Part shown: positions 8,558 to 17,414 of the stretch, piece after piece
How the letters are laid out: the number at the start of each line of letters is the position of its first letter
Numbering within the stretch: the first letter of the stretch is position 1
Assembly: GCA_043812055.1 (NCBI GenBank)
Contig: JBDRMN010000058.1
Location: forward strand, 184 to 64,183
Reading direction: 5' to 3'
Origin: Patescibacteria group bacterium
Lineage (GTDB): Bacteria > Patescibacteriota > Gracilibacteria > JAHISY01
Length of the DNA stretch: 64,000 nt
Position numbers and translations under genes: made by a program
The notes under the pieces: model-generated
Databases searched by the model: none
What the model saw: only the letters and a program-made list of their open reading frames with translations
Told to the model about the DNA's origin: nothing

Positions 8558-9415
8558 ATGAAGCTAGGAATTTTTTACTCCCACCCACGCACAGAAGAAA
8601 AAGCGCTTTTCGCTGCAGCGGAGGCTGACCCGGATGTTGAGCTTGTCAAAATCAAAGACAGTGAGCTTGAACTCGATCTCCACGAGAGCTCCCCTCTCTT
8701 GGATTGTGATGTAGTCCTGTTGCGAAGTGTTTCCCATACCAAAAATTTCTACGCAGCTAAGTTCCTCGAGGCCCAAGGGAAACGAGCGGTTAACGACTTT
8801 CAAACAATTGCTACCTGTGGCGACAAATTCCTCACCTCGATCCAGCTCGTGGAGCAGAAAGTTCCCACACCCAAAACCAAAGTCTGCTTCAGCGACGAAC
8901 AGGCCCTGAAGACCATCGAAGAGTGGGGCTACCCGGTCGTACTGAAGCCGGTGCTGGGCAGCTGGGGCCGACTGCTGAGCAAGATTGATAATAAAGACGC
9001 TGCTGAAACCGTACTTGAACACAAAAAAGTCCTCGGGGGCATCGCCCATGCTAATATTTTTTATATCCAAGAGTTCATCGACAAAAAAGCCAAGCGGGAC
9101 ATCCGGGCAGCTGTGATCGGTGACGAAGTGGTTGCGGCAATGTACCGGAAATCCGAACACTGGATTACGAACACCGCCCGAGGTGCTGATGTTGAGAATC
9201 TCAAAATTACAAAAGAACTTGAGAAATTAGTTCTCAGCGCCACCAAAGCCGTCAGCGGCAAACCGGCCTTACTTGGTGTTGATTTAATCGAAACAAAAGA
9301 AGGCCTGAAAGTCGTGGAGGTAAATTCCGGTGTCGAATTTCATGGACTTGCCGAGGCAACAGATGTCGATATTCCGACGAAGATTATTGAGTTTTGCAAG
9401 AAACTCGCGGGCTAA
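8558..9415 (+). CDS. ATP-grasp ligase of the RimK/LysX family
   Basis: About 285 aa. YPVVLKPVLGSWGRLL, IFYIQEFI and VDLIETKEGLKVVEVN are typical of RimK-type ATP-grasp enzymes. GGGTAAAAT lies 9 nt upstream of the ATG. Confidence 0.75.
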   Translation: MKLGIFYSHPRTEEKALFAAAEADPDVELVKIKDSELELDLHESSPLLDCDVVLLRSVSHTKNFYAAKFLEAQGKRAVNDFQTIATCGDKFLTSIQLVEQKVPTPKTKVCFSDEQALKTIEEWGYPVVLKPVLGSWGRLLSKIDNKDAAETVLEHKKVLGGIAHANIFYIQEFIDKKAKRDIRAAVIGDEVVAAMYRKSEHWITNTARGADVENLKITKELEKLVLSATKAVSGKPALLGVDLIETKEGLKVVEVNSGVEFHGLAEATDVDIPTKIIEFCKKLAG

Positions 9416-9708
9416 GCAAGATGCCTGCAGTCGAAAGGAGAACAACGCGGAGAGATCTCACCCATGAAAAGCTCTCTTAATTCTTGCACCTGAGCAAAAT
9501 CTTTAACTGTTACGACAACTTTCAAAACGTCCGGCAACCAGACTGTTTCTCCTGACCGATCCAAAAGATGAAGTTGTTCAATCTTTATATGATTACTACC
9601 TGCAATCTTTTTGACTGCTCTTCTGATTTCAAGTTTTAAGCGCCTCCATATTTCAAAAGTTACTTCCCACCTCTGAAAATTGAGTTCGGCAAATTTTTCA
9701 GATTCCAT
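9412..9708 (-). CDS. Hypothetical small protein (98 aa from the internal ATG), AT-rich
   Basis: This ORF fills the rimK-like/gatB spacer. No domain recognised. Coding status is uncertain. Confidence 0.3.
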   Translation of the reverse strand: MESEKFAELNFQRWEVTFEIWRRLKLEIRRAVKKIAGSNHIKIEQLHLLDRSGETVWLPDVLKVVVTVKDFAQVQELRELFMGEISPRCSPFDCRHLA

Positions 9709-9761
9709 TTGAAGTTTAAAGTACTGAAATCTAGCAAATCGCCCTTTGCTTCTCAAGTTTT

Positions 9762-9770
9762 TGTTAAAAT
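9762..9770 (+). promoter_or_regulatory. Extended -10-like TGTTAAAAT, 8 nt before the gatB ATG
   Basis: TGTTAAAATCCCTCGGT-ATG read directly. Confidence 0.5.
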
Positions 9771-9778
9771 CCCTCGGT

Positions 9779-11209
9779 ATGGAGCTTGAGGCAATCATTG
9801 GTCTCGAAATTCACGCGCAGGTCGCGACGAAGACGAAGATGTTCTGCAGTTGTGACAACGAAGCGTTTGGTGCGGAACCGAACTCGCGAATCTGCCCCAT
9901 CTGCACCGGCCACCCCGGTGTGCTGCCTGTGCCGAACAAGAAAGCGCTTGAGCTTGGCGTCAAAGCAGCTCTGGCACTCGGCTGCGAAATTCCCGAACAT
10001 TCCAAGTTCGACCGAAAGAATTATTTTTACCCCGATCTTCCTTACGGCTACCAGATTTCCCAGTTCGACGAGCCGATTTCAAAGAATGGCAACATCGAAA
10101 TCGAGGTGAATGGTGAACAAAAACAAATTGGGATCACCCGTCTGCACCTGGAAAATGACGCCGGGAAGTTAACACATGCTGGCAATTTTTCTTTCTGTGA
10201 TTACAATCGCGCCGGTACCCCTTTGATGGAAATCGTGAGTGAGCCGGATTTGCGCAGTGCGGAAGAGGCCAGAATTTTTGCGGAAGAAATTCAGCGCATC
10301 CTGCAGTTTGTCGGTTCCAGTAACGCCGACATGTACCGCGGCGAGATGCGTTTCGATGCTTCGGTAAGTCTGCGGGAAAAAGGTTCGACTGAGCTAAACG
10401 CGCGAGCGGAAGTCAAAAACCTGAACTCCTTCAAAGCTCTCGAATCCGCAATCACACATGAGATTGAACGCCAACAGAAACTCTGGGAAGCCGGGCAGCA
10501 ACCGGAAAAAGATTCCACCGTCGGCTGGGACGACGATGCGCAGGAGACTTACCTCATGCGCGAAAAAGAATCCGCCAGCGATTACCGTTACTTCCCTGAA
10601 CCCGATATTCCCCCGCTAGAGATTCCGAAGAAACAAGTCGAGCGGTGGAGGAAAGAGTTACCCGAACTTCCGATCGCCACCCGGGAGAGATTGATCCGAG
10701 AGCATGGTGTGAGTGAACAGGATTCCCAGACTCTCACGAGCTCGAAGGCACTACTTAGTTACTTCGAAAAGGTTGTCGAGGTTTCGGGAGACGCGAAGAA
10801 GTCAGCTGGCTGGGTTTTGTCTGAACTCCTCGCTCGAGTCAAAGAAAATGAAACCTCCATTACAGAACAAAAAATCTCAGCGGAAAATCTGGGTAAACTC
10901 GTGAAACTTATCGCGAGCAACAAAATTTCCGGCAAGATCGGTAAAGAGATTTTCCCGGAGATGTGGGAAACGAATGCGGATCCGGAGAAGATTATTGAAA
11001 GTAAGGGACTGAAACAAATTTCCGACACGGGTGAGATCGAGAAGTTTGTGGAACAAGCCATCGCCAACAATGCCTCCGCAGTTGAAGATTTCAAGAACGG
11101 CAAAGAGAAGGCGCTGGGGCGCATCGTGGGAGAAGTGATGCAGCTCTCGAAGGGCCAGGCGAATCCGGGAATGGTGAATGAGTTGTTGAAGAAAAAACTA
11201 GACAAATGA
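9779..11209 (+). CDS. gatB: Asp/Glu-tRNA amidotransferase subunit B
   Basis: MELEAIIGLEIHAQV..., GYQISQFDEPI, HLENDAGK and a C-terminal GatB/YqeY domain. Confidence 0.92.
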   Translation: MELEAIIGLEIHAQVATKTKMFCSCDNEAFGAEPNSRICPICTGHPGVLPVPNKKALELGVKAALALGCEIPEHSKFDRKNYFYPDLPYGYQISQFDEPISKNGNIEIEVNGEQKQIGITRLHLENDAGKLTHAGNFSFCDYNRAGTPLMEIVSEPDLRSAEEARIFAEEIQRILQFVGSSNADMYRGEMRFDASVSLREKGSTELNARAEVKNLNSFKALESAITHEIERQQKLWEAGQQPEKDSTVGWDDDAQETYLMREKESASDYRYFPEPDIPPLEIPKKQVERWRKELPELPIATRERLIREHGVSEQDSQTLTSSKALLSYFEKVVEVSGDAKKSAGWVLSELLARVKENETSITEQKISAENLGKLVKLIASNKISGKIGKEIFPEMWETNADPEKIIESKGLKQISDTGEIEKFVEQAIANNASAVEDFKNGKEKALGRIVGEVMQLSKGQANPGMVNELLKKKLDK

Positions 11210-11364
11210 AAGTAGCCCATGATGCAACCGCCAACGCCTCTTATCTTCATTTAAGCAAAAAACCGATAGTCAAAACTATAGGTTTTTCAGAATATTGCTT
11301 CATAGATTTAGATAAAGAAAAAGAGGTGGTAGGAATAGAAATACTTTTTTCAAAAAAGGGCTAA
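11206..11364 (+). CDS. DUF2283-family small protein (52 aa; below the ORF-track cutoff)
   Basis: Hand translation: MKVAHDATANASYLHLSKKPIVKTIGFSEYCFIDLDKEKEVVGIEILFSKKG*. It matches the DUF2283 pattern (MK..YD..AdAlYi.l......D.D..g.vVGIEIL). Its ATG overlaps the gatB TGA as ATGA. Confidence 0.6.
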   Translation: MKVAHDATANASYLHLSKKPIVKTIGFSEYCFIDLDKEKEVVGIEILFSKKG

Positions 11365-11395
11365 TTAAGTTTAGGATTTGGAATTTAGAATTTAT

Positions 11396-11443
11396 TTGCT
11401 TGCCCGCCGTAGCTCGAGTGAAACGAAAAGTGAAGGTGGGGGA
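11396..11443 (+). repeat. GC hairpin unit, type B (TTGCCCGCC-GTAG...GAAG-GTGGGGGA)
   Basis: TTGCTTGCCCGCCGTAGCTCGAGTGAAACGAAAAGTGAAGGTGGGGGA. A C-rich arm and a G-rich arm with GTAG/GAAG shoulders. Confidence 0.75.
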
Positions 11444-11532
11444 TTTGGAAATTAAAGCCCTGGCAATATTGCAAAATCTCAACCCCAAAACAAACTTGCC
11501 AGCAGCTCCCTTTTGAATTAAATTTGTATTCG

Positions 11533-11796
11533 ATGTTTGAAACCTCCAAAGACATTCTCAATATTGTCCTCGCCGTTGGCTTCGGTCTAATCGCGGTTTT
11601 CCTTTCGATTGCGCTCTTTTACGCAATCTTCGTCCTCCGTGATATCGGCGAAACGACAAAGGCAATGCGCAAGCTCGCCAGGCAAGCCAACAACATGATC
11701 ATTCAGCCGGCGAAATTTATGACCTTCCTCTTTGGCAAAGCACGGGTAATCGCCGATTTGGTTGAAAAGAGTGTTAGTAAAAAGATAAAAAAATAG
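11533..11796 (+). CDS. Small membrane protein (one hydrophobic helix), unknown function
   Basis: MFETSKDILNIVLAVGFGLIAVFLSIALFYAIFVL..., followed by an amphipathic tail. Confidence 0.4.
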   Translation: MFETSKDILNIVLAVGFGLIAVFLSIALFYAIFVLRDIGETTKAMRKLARQANNMIIQPAKFMTFLFGKARVIADLVEKSVSKKIKK

Positions 11797-11811
11797 TGAT
11801 TCTCAGAGCAG

Positions 11812-11975
11812 GCAGAATATAGGATTAAGGATATAGAATTAAGGATTAAGAGCCCCTCTTCGCCAAGACTACGAAGATCAAGCCAGGAACCTAAAGACGA
11901 AATAACGAAGTAACGAGGTAACGGAACCAAGAACCAAGAACTGGGAACCAGAGACCACACTAGGTAACCAAATAA
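11812..11975. repeat. Composite intergenic element: GGATTAAG heptamer words, a reverse-oriented type-B hairpin (11853-11881), then AACGAAG/AACCAAG heptamer words
   Basis: Read directly. The same layout occurs at 34725-34925. Confidence 0.8.
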
Positions 11976-12806
11976 CTAATTAACTAATCCCCGGTAAGCC
12001 GTCAGAATTTTTCGCCAGTCCTCAATCTCCAAGTCTTCTGGCCGTTTTTCGAGATTGATTCCAGCGTCTTCCAAGATCTGTTCGGCAACTTCCTTTTTTT
12101 GAGGCAAGCCAGAAGCGAAACTGCCGCGAATCTTTTTGCGAGGAGAATGAAAACCTGCATGCATGATCTGAAAAAAATCAGGTAAATCTTTTTCCGAAAC
12201 GGCAGCTTGTTGCCTGGACACAATCTTGAGAATCGCCGAATCAACTTTCGGTGACGGCAGGAAACTCTCCGCTTTCACAATCTCGACAATCTCAGGATCT
12301 GCGAAGATCTTCACTTCGAGCGCCAGCACGGAAAGTTTCTGGGGATCACAGATTTTCTCCGCTACTTCCCTCTGAACGAGTAGCACAGCCAAGCTGGGTC
12401 GGATCATCGTCTCTACAAAAAACTGGCGCAAGATCGGCGAGGTCAGATAGTACGGAATATTCGCTACCAGCTTGTAGTCTCTTGCAGGGGGTGTGAACTT
12501 GCGCACATCCAGATTCTGCAAATCAACATTCGTGAGCCCTTTTAAGTTTTCCTGAAGAACCGGAAAAATATTGCGGTCGAATTCGAGAGCCGTAACTGCT
12601 CGTGAACGCCCCGCCAATTCACGGGTGAGCGTCCCCACCCCCGCCCCGATCTCGATAACTTCGTCTGAATCTTTCAGCTCAGCAGCATCGACAATCTTCT
12701 GCAAGATTTCCTCGTCAACCAAGAAGTTCTGTCCCAAAGCGTGATCCGGCTTGAGGCTATGCTTTCGCAGAAAGCTTTCGAGCTCTAGAGAGTCACAAAG
12801 TTTCAT
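11976..12806 (-). CDS. rsmA: 16S rRNA (adenine1518/1519-N6)-dimethyltransferase
   Basis: GQNFLVDEEILQKIV and the SAM motif VIEIGAGVGTLT. Confidence 0.9.
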   Translation of the reverse strand: MKLCDSLELESFLRKHSLKPDHALGQNFLVDEEILQKIVDAAELKDSDEVIEIGAGVGTLTRELAGRSRAVTALEFDRNIFPVLQENLKGLTNVDLQNLDVRKFTPPARDYKLVANIPYYLTSPILRQFFVETMIRPSLAVLLVQREVAEKICDPQKLSVLALEVKIFADPEIVEIVKAESFLPSPKVDSAILKIVSRQQAAVSEKDLPDFFQIMHAGFHSPRKKIRGSFASGLPQKKEVAEQILEDAGINLEKRPEDLEIEDWRKILTAYRGLVN

Positions 12807-12846
12807 AAAAAAATCCTTACAAGCTTTAGCAACCTTACACCCTTTA

Positions 12847-13125
12847 TTAACCTTCTTTGAGGATACGAATCAGCTTGAGAGGATCAGTTGCCCCAGAAAT
12901 AATTTCCACATTCTCCTTAGCTACTTCAAATTCTTCCGCCAGGAAGCTCTTTAATTCTTTGTTGGCTCGGCCTTTCTCCGGAACTGCCGCCACCCGAATC
13001 TTCAAAGTCTCTTCATCGAGAAATCCGACAATCGCATTCCCCGCTGAGCGTGGAATTACCTTCACGCGCAAAGTGAGCCTGCCTGTCTTTTCGAATTCGG
13101 CAAAAAGATCATTGAGTGTTTTCAT
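12847..13125 (-). CDS. DUF167 (YggU-like) protein
   Basis: MKTLNDLF...LRVKVIPRSAGNAIVG...LKIRVAAVPEKGRANKELKSFL. Start set at the internal ATG; the longer ORF would read through upstream repeats. Confidence 0.7.
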   Translation of the reverse strand: MKTLNDLFAEFEKTGRLTLRVKVIPRSAGNAIVGFLDEETLKIRVAAVPEKGRANKELKSFLAEEFEVAKENVEIISGATDPLKLIRILKEG

Positions 13126-13192
13126 ACCCGCGAGCTTACAAAATTTATCTCTCTTGTGCCACACCATTGGCGAATTAACGAAACACCGTACA

Positions 13193-13210
13193 GGCAATTC
13201 ACGAATTGCC
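13193..13210. promoter_or_regulatory. 18-bp palindrome GGCAATTCACGAATTGCC (copy 1), operator-like
   Basis: Near-perfect inverted repeat GGCAATTC-AC-GAATTGCC, upstream of the yggU-like gene. Confidence 0.45.
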
Positions 13211-13246
13211 TCTCTGGATATAATTGCCTCTACAGATATCAGTACG

Positions 13247-13264
13247 GGCAATTCACGAATTGCC
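13247..13264. promoter_or_regulatory. 18-bp palindrome GGCAATTCACGAATTGCC (copy 2)
   Basis: Identical copy 54 bp from copy 1. The 26-bp context GTAC(A/G)GGCAATTCACGAATTGCCTCT is repeated. Confidence 0.45.
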
Positions 13265-13314
13265 TCTTCGAATAGAATCGCCCCTCCTAAATTTTCTCAA
13301 TAATCCTAATCATC

Positions 13315-13971
13315 CTAACCCAAGCGTTTCCTCCGCCACTCCCGAATCTTCGCATGATTTCCTTCCAATAAAACTTTCGGCACTTTCAGCCCCCGGAAGT
13401 CTTCCGGTCGCGTGTAGTGTGGGTATTCTTTTTTACGATCCAGCTTTTTCGAAAAACTCTCCTCTTCGACACTTTCATTTTTACCGACCACTCCGGGGAT
13501 CAGTCGAGCAAGCACATCGATGAAAACCATTGCCGGCAGTTCGCCGCCGGTGAGAACGTAATCCCCTAGCGAGATCTCATAATCCACGAGTGAGTCAATG
13601 AAACGTTGATCCACCCCCTCGTAGTGTCCGCAAACAAGGATCACGCGTTTCAGCCTCTTGGCAAAGTCTTCCGCCAACGGTTGCGTTAACCGCTTACCGC
13701 GGGGTGAAAAGTAAATCACTGGAATCTTCTTTTTACTCCGACCCTTAATACGCTTCACCGCATCAAAAAGCGGCTGACACTGCAGCACCATTCCCGCACC
13801 ACCGCCAAAAGGCTTATCGTCCACCTTCCGCCACTTGTTCTGGGCAAAGTCCCGCAGCTGGTGCAACTTGATCTGGACTTTCCTGAGCTTCTGTCCCCGT
13901 GCGAGAATGCTCGAACTGAGAACCGAGCTGAAACTCTCCGGAAAAAGCGTGATGACGTCAATTTGCAGCAT
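13315..13971 (-). CDS. trmD: tRNA (guanine37-N1)-methyltransferase
   Basis: MLQIDVITLFPESF... and GGELPAMVFIDVLARLIPGV; typical TrmD. Confidence 0.92.
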   Translation of the reverse strand: MLQIDVITLFPESFSSVLSSSILARGQKLRKVQIKLHQLRDFAQNKWRKVDDKPFGGGAGMVLQCQPLFDAVKRIKGRSKKKIPVIYFSPRGKRLTQPLAEDFAKRLKRVILVCGHYEGVDQRFIDSLVDYEISLGDYVLTGGELPAMVFIDVLARLIPGVVGKNESVEEESFSKKLDRKKEYPHYTRPEDFRGLKVPKVLLEGNHAKIREWRRKRLG

Positions 13972-13977
13972 GCGGGG

Positions 13978-13986
13978 ATTTTAACA
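13978..13986 (-). promoter_or_regulatory. Extended -10-like TGTTAAAAT, 6 nt before the trmD ATG
   Basis: The minus strand reads TGTTAAAATCCCCGC-ATG. Confidence 0.5.
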
Positions 13987-14042
13987 AAAAAGGATTTTAT
14001 TAATTTAATTCTAGTACTAAAATTAAACCTTATCCTAAAACC

Positions 14043-14543
14043 ATGGACGTTGATACACTTCCAGCTAATAGTAAAAAAGAGGCTGAACCGTTTAACCAAC
14101 TCAAAAAACTAATCCGTTTGCTTGAGGAAATCAGCAGACTCCAAGAAAAGTTACTATCAGCAGCAGGACAACACAGTAACGAGAAATGCAGGATTAGAGA
14201 TATAGTCTTCCAGCTATGGCGAGAGATTTGGAATTGGAAGACGACTTTTCAGGATTCAGATCGTAATGATCGTCTGGCACTTTGGAACACGACTAATCAG
14301 CTCTTCCCCCTACAAAGAGTAATGCCAGATGTCCTATTGATTCCGATATGGGACAAAGATCAAGTCGAGAAAATAAAAAGGGTGTTGGAGTTAATCAACG
14401 AGAGTTTAATAGAAGCAACTCGTTGTGGTGCAGATACTCGAAAAGAGATATCTGAAGCACTCCCAATTTTAAAAGAAGCCGAGAGTGAACAATCACCCAA
14501 AGACCCAAAACCCATTTTACCCCCGTCAGAGTTTCCACAGTAA
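14043..14543 (+). CDS. Hypothetical protein, 166 aa, AT-rich ORFan
   Basis: ORF only; predicted helical and charged. No domain recognised. Confidence 0.45.
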   Translation: MDVDTLPANSKKEAEPFNQLKKLIRLLEEISRLQEKLLSAAGQHSNEKCRIRDIVFQLWREIWNWKTTFQDSDRNDRLALWNTTNQLFPLQRVMPDVLLIPIWDKDQVEKIKRVLELINESLIEATRCGADTRKEISEALPILKEAESEQSPKDPKPILPPSEFPQ

Positions 14544-14699
14544 CTCTGATGCTCAGGATCCAGAACTAGGAGCGGCAGAGTCCACTTCATGAGACTTTGC
14601 CAGAGAGTAAAGGCATGTCCGCAATTTTTCACCTTGTAAAATAAAAGCAGAGCTCTCGCCCCACCTTTTATTAACACCAACACTATCCACTAACACTAA

Positions 14700-15854
14700 T
14701 TACTTTTTCATCTTCTTCCTGATAAACGCCGGGATCTCCAGCTCCTCATCTGCGGCCTCGGGGGAACGCATCGAACCAGCCGGACGGCCCGCCATAAGGT
14801 TGCGCTTGGCTTGTGCAGCAATGGCGGATTCTTTGCTGAAGCCTGTGGCGATCACGGTAATCTTGATCTCGCCCGTGTAGCTATCGTCGATCACTGCACC
14901 GAAGATGATATTGGCTCCCGGATCAGCGGCGGCAGTAATGACTTTCGCGGCTTCATCCACTTCGAACATCGACAGATCATTACCGCCGGTAATATTGAAA
15001 AGTAAGCCTTTCGCCCCATCAATCTCCTGCTCGAGTAACGGTGAATCAATCGCCGCCCGGGCTGCTTCCACCGCCCGATTCTCGCCGGTACCGTAACCGA
15101 TGCCCATCAGGGCTGAACCGGCATTTTGCATGATATTTCGTACATCCGCGAAGTCGACATTGATCATCCCGTGGACAGTAATCAGATCCGAGATACCCTG
15201 CACACCCTGGCGCAGTACGTCATCGACAACAGTGAAGGCATCGTGGATTGGAGTCTTTTTGTCGATGATCGAAAGAATCTTGTCATTGGGAATCGTGATG
15301 AGAGTATCCACTTTGTCCTTCAGCTCTTCGATCCCCATGTCCGCCCGCTCCCGACGCTTCTCTCCTTCGAAAGCAAACGGTCGCGTTACGACCGCCACAG
15401 TGAGGGCTCCGCTTTCTTTCGCCGCCTCGGCAATCACCGGCGACGCACCCGTACCGGTACCACCACCCATACCACAAGTGATGAAAACCATATCCGCATT
15501 CTCGAAATGAGAACGGATTTCCTCCGAACTCTCTTCGGCCGCCTTTTTGCCCAGAGTCGCGTCCGAGCCAGCCCCCAGTCCCTTCGTCGTACCTTTACCG
15601 ATATTAATCTTTGTCGGAGCGTTATTGTGATAAAGCGCCTGAGCGTCGGTATTGATCGCCACGAAATCAACTCCACTGACCTGAGCCTTGATCATTCGGT
15701 TGATGGCATTGCTGCCCGAACCACCGAGACCAAACACTTTGATCTTGGCCACCGGCGAGATGCCCGGACTCACTTCCTGAGCCGAGGAATCATCGGATTT
15801 CGAGGCTGGCCTGCCACCGAAAAGGTTTTTGAGACTATCAGAAGACATTTGCAT
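14700..15854 (-). CDS. ftsZ: Cell division GTPase FtsZ
   Basis: [20 protein letters not shown] and the C-terminal peptide [10 protein letters not shown]. Confidence 0.95.
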   Translation of the reverse strand: MQMSSDSLKNLFGGRPASKSDDSSAQEVSPGISPVAKIKVFGLGGSGSNAINRMIKAQVSGVDFVAINTDAQALYHNNAPTKINIGKGTTKGLGAGSDATLGKKAAEESSEEIRSHFENADMVFITCGMGGGTGTGASPVIAEAAKESGALTVAVVTRPFAFEGEKRRERADMGIEELKDKVDTLITIPNDKILSIIDKKTPIHDAFTVVDDVLRQGVQGISDLITVHGMINVDFADVRNIMQNAGSALMGIGYGTGENRAVEAARAAIDSPLLEQEIDGAKGLLFNITGGNDLSMFEVDEAAKVITAAADPGANIIFGAVIDDSYTGEIKITVIATGFSKESAIAAQAKRNLMAGRPAGSMRSPEAADEELEIPAFIRKKMKK

Positions 15855-15933
15855 GGGGGGTTATGGTTTAGATTTTAGAGTTAAAGTTTGGGAACAGGAA
15901 ATTTTTGTTGAGTAATTTTTGTGACTGTCAAAA

Positions 15934-17163
15934 TCAGGGCAGTAATTTCTTGAAGAAATTTTTTACTCCAGAAAAGACCTTCCCGAAGTCCACACTCGCC
16001 ATGGTATAAGGCCGGGCGGGTGCCTTGGCACCATAGAGAATCAGTCCGATGGCCGTGGCGTAGGCTGGATCGTCGATCTTGTCGATCACTCCATCGACTT
16101 CCGTAGGGAAACCGATCTGGACCGGTAGCGAGAGTGTTTCGCGCGCCAGTTCGATCAGTCCGGGAACCTTCGCACCACCACCGGTGATCACCGCTCCCGC
16201 CGGCAGCTGCCCGTCCCGCTCACTCTCCGCCAACTTCTCATTGATCATCGTGAGAATCTCGTGGTAGCGTGCGTGAATTATTTCGGCCAGCTGGCGTCGG
16301 TCCACAGTCTGGGACTCGGACTTACTGATCGCCGCCAGATCAATTGTCTCACGCTCGGAAACATCCGTCGGGTTGCAAGTGCCGTATTCGATCTTGAGCT
16401 TTTCGGCCGTGTCCACACTAGTCTTGAGCCCAATTGCTACATCATTCGTCACGGCATCCCCGCCGATCGGCAGGACGGCAGTATCCAGCACCACCCCTTC
16501 TTCGAAAACCGCCATCGAGATAGAGGAAGCGCCAATGTCAATCGCCACGACTCCCAACTCCATCTGTCGGCGCGAGAGCACGGCTTCCGCCGCCGCGAGA
16601 GGAGCCGGTATGAAATCATCCACATCGACTCCGGACTGGTGTACGGCGTTCTCGAGATTTTTCAAAGCTGGCGTCAGTCCTGTGATGATGTGGGCTTCGA
16701 CCTCCAAGCGTACGCCCGTCATGCCGACCGGATTACGAATACCCTCCTGGTCATCCACAGTGTAGCTCTTGGGAATCACTCGCAAAATCTGACGGTTGGG
16801 TTGGATATTGACCGCCTGAGCCGCTTCGAGCACTCGTTCAATGTCAGCCACGCCGATCTCGCCACCGTGCGGAACCGCGATCACCCCTTTTGAATTTTGA
16901 GATTGGAGATGGGCGCCGCCGACAGCGACAGTAGCATGGTGAATTGGGTCGCCGCTCATTCTTTCCGCGTCTTCGAGACTGGTGGTAACTGCCGAGATCG
17001 TTTCATTCACATCTACGATCACCCCTTTTCGAAGGCCTGCCGAAGGAGATACTCCCGCACCCAGAACATTCGGCAAAACTTCTTTTTCGTCAGTACTGGC
17101 AATCACCGTACGGATACGGTGAGTTCCGATATCGAGACCGACGATAGTACTGTCTTTGGGCAC
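15934..17163 (-). CDS. ftsA: Cell division protein FtsA
   Basis: Actin-fold motifs IVGLDIGTHRIR, VVAIDIGASS and ITGGGAK. Lies immediately upstream of ftsZ. GTG start. Confidence 0.9.
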   Translation of the reverse strand: MPKDSTIVGLDIGTHRIRTVIASTDEKEVLPNVLGAGVSPSAGLRKGVIVDVNETISAVTTSLEDAERMSGDPIHHATVAVGGAHLQSQNSKGVIAVPHGGEIGVADIERVLEAAQAVNIQPNRQILRVIPKSYTVDDQEGIRNPVGMTGVRLEVEAHIITGLTPALKNLENAVHQSGVDVDDFIPAPLAAAEAVLSRRQMELGVVAIDIGASSISMAVFEEGVVLDTAVLPIGGDAVTNDVAIGLKTSVDTAEKLKIEYGTCNPTDVSERETIDLAAISKSESQTVDRRQLAEIIHARYHEILTMINEKLAESERDGQLPAGAVITGGGAKVPGLIELARETLSLPVQIGFPTEVDGVIDKIDDPAYATAIGLILYGAKAPARPYTMASVDFGKVFSGVKNFFKKLLP

Positions 17164-17414
17164 GCAAGGAGTTCTAAAATTGTGATCAGTCTAAATTCCA
17201 CGCTTGGCGCTGGCAAATTTGCTTGAACAATTTTTGTTTACAACAACGGTACCCTGAGGCCTTTTTGTGTTCAAGAAAATCCCCATTTAGACGGCTTAAG
17301 CTCGTACGCACAAAGTTCTTTTAAGCTGCGTGGATCGATAGAAAATAATCCGCTCATTTTCATTCGAACATTTTTTCAAAAAACTCTAAAATTCTCCGGC
17401 CTTAATCCTGAACA

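Noticed and set aside
14683-14691. DnaA-box-like CTATCCACT (also AGTGGATAG at 38341-38349)
   Set aside because: Each matches TTATCCACA at only 7/9 positions. Both sit inside TTAGTGT word arrays at gene 3' ends, far from dnaA.
15126-15878. 250-aa ORF on the plus strand
   Set aside because: It is antisense to ftsZ. It is a shadow ORF.
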